Positions 24,901-36,900 of a stretch of 64,000 nucleotides of DNA are shown piece after piece (position 1 is the first letter of the stretch; every line of letters begins with the position of its first letter). The translations under genes and the position numbers were made by a program. Source of the stretch: Candidatus Limadaptatus stercoripullorum (lineage in GTDB: Bacteria; Bacillota; Clostridia; Christensenellales; CAG-917); contig DVOE01000010.1 in assembly GCA_018713795.1 (NCBI GenBank), forward strand, positions 4,014-68,013, in the 5' to 3' direction. The notes beneath the pieces were generated by a model. The model did not search any database, was not told the DNA's origin, and was given only the letters and a program-made list of their open reading frames with translations.

Positions 24901-27900
24901 GACCCATCGTCGGCAGCCTGCTCGGCACCGACTATCCCGCGGCGAACGACACTCAGATCGTCGTCAAACTCGCGAAGAACGAGGGCGGCACGGGCGAAGA
25001 GGAAGTGCTCCTCGGCGTGTATTACAAGGACGGCAGGGCATACCTCGACCTCGCGGTGCTGGGCATCGCTCCCGCGTCCATCGAGCTGGATCTCATGCAG
25101 CTCATCACCGGTCAGGCGCTCGCGGGCGTCGAGCCTCTCGCGGGCTCGCAGGCTTATGCGGCGGACGGCGGCACGGGCGGGAATGATGTCAAGACCGCGG
25201 TGCAGCTCGCTCTCGAGATAGGCACCGACGGGCTCACCGTCACCCTCGTGCAGGGTCTCGTCGAACTGCTCGTGCAGTATGTGGCGGGTCTCGAAGGCAT
25301 GGAGATCGACGCCCTTCTCAATATCGACTGGTCCGAGGCGGCGGAGGATCTCCTCGCGCTCGAAGTCGGGCTCACCGACGCGTCCGGCAACGCTCTTGCC
25401 GATCTCGCTCTCACCGTGGGCGGCATCGAACTCGCGCTTGGCAAGGCGCTCGGCGACGGCGTCGCGATGACCACCATGCCCGAGGACGATGTGCTCGCCG
25501 GCATGACTTCGCTGGGTTCGGTGGTCGGCGATGAGTATCAGCTCATCGAAAAAGTCGCGGACGCGCAGGCGTACGCGGGCAATCTGTTTAGAAAAGACCC
25601 CGTCCTCGAAGTCTACACGATGTTCAAGCTCGCCGACGGCATAGCTCTGAGGTACGCCAAGGGTGAGAAGCTCTATATCGCGGTCGCGGGCGAGAACGGC
25701 GCAACTTCTTACAAGGAGGCGACCCTTGCCGAGGCGCAGGCGGCTCCCGCGGTCTTTGTGGACGCGGAGGGCAAGACCGCCTTCACGATGGCGGACGCCA
25801 TAGCGCTCGAATACGAAAACGGCGGCGTGCTTTACAGCAACGCGGTGCAGTTCGCGCTCACCATGCCCGCCGTCCATGTCGAATTCGCGGGCGAGATCAC
25901 TCTCGGCGTGGATCCCGACACCGGCGCGACCGAATGGACGATCGGCAGCTGGATCACCAACTTCCTTAAAGAGGACAGCGACATCAACGGCGACGGCTCC
26001 GCCGACGCCGCCGACGCGGCGCTTTACGGGTTCATCTCCGCGCTGCTGCTCGAATTCAACCTCGTGGACGAGGCGATGGTGACCATAGGGCTCAACCTCG
26101 CCGCCAACCTCAGGTTCAACCCCGACGATGTTGAGGACATCGCCTACATCCTCGGACATTCCGACATCTCCCTCGTCGTGACCGGCACCGACGCCGCGGG
26201 CAGCACCGAGACTTTGCTCGGGCTGTACATAGTCGCGAACGAGCAGGACAACACCAGCACTCTCTACCTCGAGACCAAGGAAGGCGGACTGCTCAGCGGT
26301 CTCAAGATCAAGGTCCCGGGTCTCGACCTCGGCACGCTCGCGGGCTCGCTCTTCGCGGGCGGCGAAGAGGGCGGCGCCGAAGGTCAGGCGCTCGCCTCCT
26401 CGTCGGATGACGGCAGCGAGAGCGGCGGCACGGACATCCTCGGCGTTATCGAGGGCGTCATCGCGGGCGCGATCTACAGCATCATAGTCGACAATCAGGG
26501 CGTGACCGTCAACTTCGCTTCGGCGATGGTGGCGTATGTGCTCACGCTCATCCCCTCGCTGGGGCTGCCCGACGCGGTGGCTGATCCCGACGGCTTCGCG
26601 GCATTCGCGGAATCCTTCGTCGAGCTCAATCCCGCGCGCAGCTATCTGTCCGTGCTCGTGGGCGACAACGCCGGCGGGCTCGGAGGCAACCTCGCGCTCG
26701 AGCTCGGGCTGGGCATCGATCCCGTCTATCTCGGCATAGCGCTCGGCGGGCTGTCCGTCGGCTTTGCGGGCGAAGGCGAATCCGCCGAACCCGTGTTCGG
26801 CGACGGCAGCGTCTCCGAGCAGGAGTACTTTGCCGACTTCGTCAACTTCTACGAGATCGACGCGCTGTCCATAGGCGCGACCGCGAAGCTGGATCTCACG
26901 CTCAAGAGCGGTGAGCTCGAGCTCGGTTCCATGCTGGATATCCTCATAGGCGAGGCGCTCGTCGCCTTCGGCGTGGATATCCCCGAAGACCTCAGACTGT
27001 CCGCCGAAGTGTTCATCGGCGCGAACATCTCCGTCAGCGATCCCGACAAGACACAGGTCGTGCTCGAGCTGCGCGACGGCATCAGCGGCACCGTGGTGTT
27101 CGGAGCCTATCTCGACGGCGCCACGCTTTGGATCAGGGGCGGCGAACTGCCCATCGGCAATGTCCGCATCGAGAACACCGGCTTTGCCGCGCTCATCGGC
27201 GGCGTGATCACCGATCTGCTCTCGTCGGTCACGGCGAGCGGTTCCGCGGAGGCGCTGGCTGCGGCGGAGGGCGATACCTACGCGAGCAACGACGCGCTCG
27301 CGGTGTTCTTCGAGCTTGCCAAAGACCGCATAGCTCTCTCCATAACCGAGACCTTCCTCGTCGCGCTCATCTCGGCGGTGACCGCCACTCCCGACGGCGA
27401 TCCCGCGGACACCGACATCGCGGGCATCATCGAGCGCCTCGGGCTGGACGCCGAGGTCAATGTGGGCGTGGACTTCTCCACTTTCACCATAGACATCGGG
27501 CTTGAATCCAACCTGCTGGATCTCGGCATTTCCATCGTCGAACCCACCGTCGGCATGACTCCCAACGAGGATGTCTCGAACGCGATAGCCGCGCTTGCCG
27601 CGGGCGACAGCTTCACCTCATATCCCGCGACGAGCACCAGGGTGGGTGCCACCGTCGATCTCTCTCTGTCCCTCGGGCTGAGCGAAGGCGAACTCACTCT
27701 GTCCGATCTGCTCGGCATAATCCTCGACATCGACTCCGTCAAGAACGGCATCGCGGGTTTGCAGGGTGACGCGGGCAAGATCCTCGGCACGCTGCTCAAC
27801 GCGCTCGGGCTGGAGCTCGTGATCGCGGAGGGCAGGGTCGCCGCGGACATCGGCATACATATCTCGGCGCTCCTCGACCTCAAAGAACTCGGCAGCTACG

Positions 27901-30900
27901 CGCCCGTTGACAGGGACTACGCCGTCCAAAACCTCGGTTCGAGGAACTTCGTGGTTTACGACGCCGAGAACGATACCTTCCTGAAATTCACCGGCACCAC
28001 CGCCGCGGATGTCGACGCCGTCTATAACGAGGGCGGCACGCTCTACGCGGTGGACGGGCTTGCGGACAAGATCCTCTCCGGCGACTTCGAGAGCATCTTC
28101 ACCTACACCGAGATAGACAAGGCGAACGCCGCCCCCGGCGAGACCTATATCCTCGACGAGGACGGCGTCTACGGCGCGCTTACTCCCGCGGAAGGGCAGA
28201 CCTTCGCGGAGGCGGTCGAGGCTTACGGCGGCACTCTGTACTCCCGCTCGGTCGAGATCTCTCTCGATGCGCTGCTCGCGGCGCTCGAGGCGAATGTCAA
28301 GCTCACCGTCAACGACAGGCTGGTGGACATTTATCTAGCGGACGGCCAGCTCTATCTCGACCTCGGCGGATTTGACGGGCCCAAGGTCAGCATCGACCTC
28401 ATGTGGCTCATCGACATGATCTCGAAGGCGACCACGACCGCGGAAGGCATGGCGGCGGACGGCGCAGACGGCGCGCCCGCAGAAGCGTCCGTGCTCGACA
28501 CCGTGCTCTCGCTGCTCAACAGCGTCATCAAGCGCGTGTCCCTCGGCACCGCCATCTCGGACGTGGGCGGCAATCTGCTCGCCGGCGGCTTGGGCGCGAA
28601 CATCACCCTCGGCGCGGATGTGCTGTCGGCGGTGCTCGGTCAGCTCATCGGCACCGAGATCACCACGAGCGAACTGCTGCTCGCCGAGGACGCCACCCTC
28701 CGCCTCAAACTGCAGCCGCAGGACGAGGGCAGGGGACTGCTCGAACTCGCGGTCGGCGCCGTGCTCCAGGACGGCGTGAGGCTGGATCTCGGACTGGGCG
28801 CCGGGCTTGACATCACTCTCGCCAGCCCCGTCCGCACTCTCATCGACGAAGAGACGCGCGCGTCCTTCACCGACATCACTCCCGCGATCGAGAGCATCCT
28901 CGCTCTCGTGAACGGCACCGCCGCCGATCCCGACGCGGCTGCCCAGCCCGTCAAGTTCAGCATAATGGGCAGGGTCTACTTCGACGCGGACGGCGAGGCG
29001 AATTACGAGCTCGGCGGCACGGTCAATTCGCTGCTCGGCTCGCTGCTTTCCGTCTACATCAACGACCTCTATGTCGATCTCGGCATAAAGGACGGCGTGT
29101 CCGCGGGTCTTGGATTCCGCCTGACCGCGGGTCTGGATCTTGCCGAGCTCGCGAAGATCGACCTCGACGCCTGCAAGGACGAAAACGGCGCGCTCGACGC
29201 CAAGAAATTCGTCGTCGCGCTGCTCAAAGGCGTGCCCAGCCTCAAGATAGCGCTCGAGCTCATCGAACTTGACGAGAACCTCGAGTTCGCCACCTACACC
29301 GCCGATGAAGCCAAGGGCGGCTATGTCACCGAAGGCGACTACAAGGCGATGGCGGGCATCTACATCCAGAACGGCAACCTGTATCTCAACGGCACCAACA
29401 TCTTCGGCGTCGCCGACAACTACACTCAGGTGCCCGGCTTCACCACTTTCGTGGCGGAAGCGATTGAGGACACCCCCGAAGAGACCGGGAAAGAGGAGGG
29501 GACGGAAGCGACGACTTCCGCCGAGGCGTATTCCTCCGCGGACGGCACGGTGCGCGACGCGCTGCTGCAGGCGCTGCTTTCCTCCGAAGGTCTGAAGATA
29601 GTGGCGACCAAGTCCATCCTCAGCCTGCTCATCGCCACCCTCATGCCCGACCTCGGCAGCCTGACCGACATTTTCGATCAGCTTGATGTCTTTGTCGAAC
29701 TTGACACCGGTGACACGGCGCTCTTCCTCGGAGTGGGCGCGGTGCTGGGCGCTAACGGCGCGACCCAGAGCCTCGGGCTTGAGCTCGGCGCCATAAAGAT
29801 CGAAGTCGGCGCTGACGCGGAGAGCTCCGTCGTCCCGGCGTTCATCACCGCGGGCAAGACTCCCGACGGCAAAGAGTCGGTGCCTCTCGCGCCCTTCTAC
29901 GATTCCGTCATCAGCCTGAGCACCTCGGTCGAGTTCGAGCTCGGCATAACCGAAGGCGTGCTTGACTTCGGCGGATTCCTCGAAGACATCGTCGGAGACA
30001 TCGGCGGCGTGACCATCGAGATGCCCGAGACCGCCAAGGGCTACTCCTCGGCGCACCTCAGGCTCGACCTGTACATCATGCTCAACATGTACGACCTGGC
30101 GCAGTCCGAGCTGTACATCGAGCTTTACAACCTGTCCAACGAAGCCGGAGCCGAAGTGCTGTGGCTGGGCGCGTATTACAGCGGCATGACCGTCTACCTC
30201 GACCTGTCCTTCTTCGGGCTGCCGAGGATATCCGCGCCGCTCAACGAGATCAGCGGGCTCATCGACGAATATCTCGGCGACCTGCTTGACAGTTCCATCT
30301 TCGACACCGTCGTCGTCCCGAGCGCTCCCGCCGAGTCGGAAGGTCTCGCCGCCGACGAGCAGAGCGAAGAGGCGGACATCACTTCCGTGCAGGACAAGGT
30401 GGCGAGCCTGGTCATCAGCGAACGCCGCCTCGCCCTCCATGTCGGCAACTATCTCATGCGCTATATCCTGAGCGCGTTCGACATCGGCGGCATCACCCTT
30501 GCCGACCTCATCTACGAGAACCTGTACGGCGAACTCGACATCGAGATCTACTACGGCGAATCGCTGAATGTGGAGATAGGCGCGAGGCTCGCCCTCGAAG
30601 GCGATCGCTATGTGCCCGTCGAACTGACGACGGAAAAGAACATCGACGACGTCAAGGCGGAGATCGCCGCGCTCGAGAAAGACGAGAACGCCGCGGAGGA
30701 AGCGGGTTACTACACCTTCGAGAAAGGCGAGGACGGCAAGTACGCGCTCACCTCGGACGGCGAGTACCGTCTGCTCGGCACCTCCGAGACCAACCCCAAC
30801 AACGAGGGCTACATCGCTCCCGCCGACAGATATGTCGGCACCAAGCTGACCTCCTCCTCCGACATCACCGTCGGCACTACCGTCTACAAGTGGAAGGACG

Positions 30901-33900
30901 GCGACGAGCTCAACATGAGCGCGTACGACGCGGAGCTGGATCTCTCGCTCGGCATCAAGAACTTCGAGCTCGGCTTTGTCACCGAACATCAGCCCATACT
31001 CTCCGGCTCCGAACTCGAGCAGTACATGGACTTCAACGCCGCCGAGACGGTCAGTCTCAGCGAGACGCTGTCGCTGGATCTGCTGCTGCGCGAAGGCGCG
31101 GACATCGACCTCGCGGGTCTGCTCGGCTATCTGTTCGAGGGCACTTCCGAGGACATCGTCGCGATCATATCCGCGGCGGCTGCGAACGGCGGCGACCTCA
31201 ACCGTCACATCGACCTCGTCATCGCGGTGGAATTCAGGCTGGGCGCCTTCCTCAACTACATGCGCTCGCTCGCGGCTCAGTATCCGCTCATGTATTCCGC
31301 GACCTTCGGTCAGGTGCGTGACACCCTGCTCACTCTCGGCGACGAGGTGGATCTGCTCACCTTCGTCGGCGCGATCATGTCCGTCGTCGGCGCCAAGGTG
31401 CCCGACGCGAGCGGCAACATCTACTACGAAGACGCCGAAGCCGACGACCTCGTGGGTCTCGAAGACCTGCTCGAGTTCGTCAACGCGTCGGTCAGGATAG
31501 TCACCAACGGCGATCCCGTGACCGTGAACGGCGAACAGGTCGTGCCCATGCACGACATCCTCGGCGTCTACTTCGTGGGCGGCGAGTTCCGCGAAGCGAC
31601 CGCGGAAGACAGGGCGAACGGCGAACAGCTGTACTCCCACTTCTTCCGTTCGCAGTCGGGCGCGTACGCCTATGACAGCGCGACCGGCAGCATCAGGCTC
31701 ATCTCCGACATCGAGGGCACTTACGATCCCGACGAGCTGTACGGCTACGACGCGTCGTATATGTACCCCGTCGCGGCGGGCGACAACCACAACAAGGGCA
31801 CCCATGTCCGTGAGGATGCGGGTCTCTATGTCGACCTCAGCTATCTCGGACAGCCCAGCATCTACATCGCTCTGTCCGAGCTTCAGAACTTCGTCGGCGA
31901 CCTCATGAGCGAGACGGACGCTTCCGCGCAGGCGCTCGCGGCGGGCGGCACCGACGCCGCCGCCTCGGCGGACGAGGACGACGCGCCTCCCACCATAAGC
32001 CTGGGCAACATAGCGGGCAGTCTGCCGCTGCTCGGCGATCAGATCGCGAGCTATGTCACCGCCTTCCTCTACGGCATCAGGATGACCAGCACCTTCATCC
32101 AGGTGCTGGTGGACAGTAACTATCTCAACAGCCTGCTCGGCATCCTGCTCGGCGAGGACGACCTGCTCCCCGAAATGACGGAGCAGTCTTCGCTCACCAT
32201 CAACACGGATGTCAACAACTACGAGTACTTCTACGCGACTGACGCGACCAACGAGCAGCTCATGTACTCCGACTCCCGCTTCCACATCAACATCGATGAC
32301 GAGAACGGGGTCTACTACCTGAGCGACGACGACAGGCTGGAGCTGCGCTCCCGCATGACCGAGAGCGAAGCCGCGGCGTATCAGGAGAGGGTGGACGCCG
32401 GCACGGCGAACTACTACACCATCACCGCCATCGACCTCTACCTCAATGTCGAGGGCGAGTATGTGAGCTTCGACGAGGCGTCCAACGCCGATTGGCGCGA
32501 CGCGGAGCGCTACACGAGCGTCAAAGTGCAGGCGAGCGACGCTCTCGGCGTCACCGAAGCGTTCATAGGCACCTATGTGTACTATGTCGCGAATGAAGAC
32601 GGCGGCTATGACGAGCTCGACTACACCTACGACACCTCCGCCTACGACGGCGAAGAGGTCTTCGTGATCTATCCCTCCGAGGACAGGAACCCGCTCATCG
32701 AGCTGGAAGTCTACCTCTGGGAGTACAAGATCGGCATAGCCATCAACCTGCCCGAGACGGGCGCGCTCGACTACACCTACAGGGTGGCGACTCCCGAAGA
32801 GGTGGAGGCGGGCATAGGTCTCTACGCCGAGGGCGACGAGTATGTCTACGAGCTCGCGGCGGAAGCCCTTGCCGAAAGGGAGAACGCGTTTGTGTACTTC
32901 CGCGGCAAGTACTTCCCGCTCGACGGCAACCTCTACAAGTACGAAGACGGCAAGTACAACAAGCATGACGGCGGCTACGACCTCGGCGGCAGCTACGCGG
33001 TGGCTTGCAGGGAGGAAGGCTTCGTCTACTATGTGCCCGTGACCGCCGACAAGCACTACGAGAGAGTGGCTTACGGCGCGGTCTACACCGCCGTGACCGG
33101 CGACAGGACGCAGGGTAGCACCTACTATGTCCGCGAAGAGGCGGCGGCGACCTCGGTGAGCTATCCCGAGATGTTCGTCGACTTCTCGAAGTCCTACGCG
33201 AATGCCTCTGCCGCGGGCATCACCGCCAATCTCTACTACGAGTACTCCGCGGTCGAAGACGCGTGGGTGCGTCTCGGCGGCAGCGGCATCGAGTCCGATC
33301 ACGAGAAAGGCATCTACCGCGGCGACGAGATCCTGCACACCTGGGATCCCGATGCGGGCAGCTTCGTGAGCTACAAGGATTATCAGGCGGCGCACGGCAG
33401 GGTGCCCTCGCATGTGTTCATCGCCGAGCCCATAAATTATGTGGACTCCGCAGAGCTCTACACCATCTCGCTCGCGCTGCGCGGCAGCCTGTCCATCAGC
33501 GGCTGTGAGAATTATGTCACCCTCGAGGACTACAAGAAGCTGACCGGCGACCCGGTGCCCGAGGGCACTACTCGCTACAACTTGGACGAGGTGAGCGGCG
33601 AGTATGTGGAGGCTGCGGACGGCAAGTATGTCAAGGTCGTGGGCAGCATGAACGCCATCAGCGACATCCTCAGCGGCATAATGGGCGACATGCGCTCCAT
33701 GCTGGTCATAGGCGAGAACTACAGCGCCGAGATCCTCTTCGAGATCAAGGCGAAGGTGTCCTACGACTTCGGCGACGCGAACACGCCCGGCAACGAGGCG
33801 GCGGGCGCCGACACCCTCTGGATCACCGAGATCGATCTTGCGATCGACACCTGGATCAGGCAGAGCAGCGACAACAGGCTCAGGCACTTCATAGGGCTTT

Positions 33901-36900
33901 ACTACGACAGCGATGTCGAGACGGGCGAGAGCGCGCTTTACGCCGACCTCACCTGGCTGCTCGGCGCGGGCGCGAAGGTCAAGATCGACATGTCCGCCTA
34001 CTCGCTGCAGGATCTTCTGAACTCGAAGGGTCTGCTCGGCGGTCTCACCGGCGCGACAACTTCCGCGGAAGGGCTGGCTGCGGCGAACGAGGAAGCGGCG
34101 AACATCAAAAATCCCGACACGGCGTCGGTGCTGCTCAGTCTCACCACCCGTAAGATAGCGCTTTCGGTCAGCGCGGGCTTCGTGCGCCTGCTGATCGGTC
34201 TCATCGCGCCCGACGCGGCGGAGACTGTGGAACAGCTGCTGCCCAATGTGACGGCGGAAGTGGGCATAGGTCTCGCGCCTTACGCGCTCGGCATAGACCT
34301 CACTCTGCACGACGAGAGCGGCGAGTTCGACATCCTCGGCATAGGCATCAAGCTCAACCTCTTCGACGCGAGCGACAAGACCACCTCGCTGAGGCTGGAT
34401 CTCGGCGCGACCGAGGACTTCCACGAGCTTGACGCGGATCGTCTCGCGGCGATGTCCTCCGACTATATCTTCTATCAGGCGATGTTCACGCCCATCCTCG
34501 GCGACGACACGCCGGTGGGCGGTGAGGCGACATACAGAGCGGAGGCGCCCGGCGCGAACGAAAAGTCGTTCGAACGGGTGTACGGCAACACCGACGGCTC
34601 GTTGCTTTACAGGCTGAACGACGAGGCGACCTACTCGCTCGTCGGCGAAGTCTTCTACTCGTACGCACGCGCGGACTACTATAACCGCTACGCGATGGTG
34701 CCCGCGGGCTTCGAGGCTCTGACTCTGACGGTGTACACCAAGAGCCTGAACGACAAGGGCGAGCCCGTTTACAGCGTGTACGAAGGCGCGATCGGGGAAG
34801 CCGAAGAGGATCTGTATATCCTCGTGAACGACGAATATCAGGTGTTTGATCCTGCGACCGTCGCAAGCGGCGGATATTGGTTCTACACCTACGATTACGC
34901 GACCGGCACTCCCGCGATGACGCCGTACACCGAAGAGGCGTATGCGGAGTACATCAAGGCGATCACCGCTCAGACCGACAAGGCGAACGCGGGCGAAGGG
35001 ATCTATAACCTCGTCTACGACGCATCGGAGCTCGGCGCGAAACTCTATATCTACACGGGCGAACTCGCGGGCGACGATCTCACGGCGCACATCGCGGATA
35101 GCGCAAACTACACCGTGCCCGTCTACGACACCCTCGGCGCGCACAAGAGGAGCGTCGGGTTCGCGGGTTACAACGAGCTCATGGCGCTCGACCTCGACAA
35201 GCTCATAAACGGCGGCGGGCTGCAGGTAAGCGACCTGGCGTCCATGCTGACGGTGGAGGACATCGAGCTGACGCTGTCGCTCGACCTCGGTCTCGAGTTC
35301 GGCGAGATCATCAACTGGACTCAGCAGATGACCGAGCTGCTCGCGGTGGAAGGCGAGGCGGCGAACTACTTCAAGTTCCTGTTGCAGGCGGCGACGCTCA
35401 GCCAGGCTGAATTCCTCGCGTACATCGGCGGCGAGCTGACCCTGACCGCGTACATCAAGGGCGAGAGCGTGAAGAATGCGCTCGCTTCGATGGGCGGCGC
35501 CGAGTCCGCCGACACCATGGCGCTCATCAAGGCGATGCTCGCGGGCGCGGAGATCTGCATAGAGTTCTTCTACGACACCAACTTCCACGGCGAGCCGACC
35601 GACGCGAGCGTGCTGACGCTGTGGGTGGCGTTCGACAAGGACGCCATGGCAAGCATCTACATCGACGGCGGCGGCTTTGCCGAGTATGCGGGTCTCGTTG
35701 ACACGAGCGGCAGCGGCGGCAACTTCTTTGACAAGATCAAGCTCGAAGGGCTGGATATCTTCTCGCTGCTCGCGCCCGCGGAAGCGAGCGAAGGCGTGGA
35801 AGGTCTCGGTTCCGCCGATCCCGAGGATGTGGTCGGGGACGAGATCCTCGGCACCGTCAACGACGGCAGCGGCGGCGACTTCGGCATGCTGCCCTCGAAC
35901 ATCTGGGGCTACATCAACATGATCCTCGGTCATCTGCTCATCGCCGACGACACCATCGGCATCGGGCTCGCCGAGAATCTTGTGGCAAACCTTATCGACA
36001 ACTTCATCGAGGACTTCTCGGGGCTTGAGTATCTGCCCAAGCTCTCGGTGTCCTACGACGCGGAGTCCAGCGGCATAGCCATCCTGCTCGGCGAACAGCC
36101 CACCGTCAAGGTCACGGTCGGCGTGCTGTCCGGCGGCGAATTCTACGGCACCAAGGACGAGGTGTGGGAGCTGCTCGCGAACGACACCAACGGCGTGGCG
36201 AACTACGGCATCACGAAAGAGAACTTCGACTCCGTCATCGGCGATCCCGTGCTGATCGAAGAGAACGGCGAGACGGCGACCGTCTACTTCCTCGCGGACG
36301 AAGAGTACGCCCTCGCGGCATACGCCTCCTCCGAGAATGTGTGGCTGGGCGACCGCTACAAGCTGGAAATCGACGACGCGGCGGCGGGCGAATATCACTT
36401 CCAACTCGTGGAGAACGCCCTTGACGGCGCGTTCACGCAGCGTAACGACGGCGCGTTCGTCCAGCTGGACGAAACGGATGTCCAAGGCAAGTTCTCGTCG
36501 AGATTCGGGTCTCAGGCGACCGGCTACATTTCCTACGAAGCGGGCGACTATGTCGCGCTGACGACCTATCTCAGGGTGACGGGCACGACGAGCGTGGACG
36601 AATCGCGCAGGTACGCGTTCGACGAGACCATGGTCAAGGACGGCGCGCACTTCATGAAGCTCGGCGACCTCAAGCTCACCATAGAGCTCGGCGACCTCGG
36701 TCTGAAGGTCGGGCAGGGCGCTTCCTCCAACCCCGCGCCCAAGGGCGACGAGGAGTACAGGGACATAATGAAGGAAGGCGGCGTGCGCATCAGCACCTCG
36801 ATCGATGTCAGCTTCTACGGTGCAGAGGGCGAGATGGTCGACCTCGGCAGCGTGCTCGACTTCATCGTCGGACTGCTGAATGTCTCGGGCGTGAGCGGCA

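Noticed and set aside
21843-26159. Minus-strand ORFs of 975 aa (21843-24770) and 429 aa (24870-26159)
   Set aside because: They are antisense, codon-aligned shadows of the 5' part of the giant ORF. The first would even run through the giant gene's promoter and RBS.
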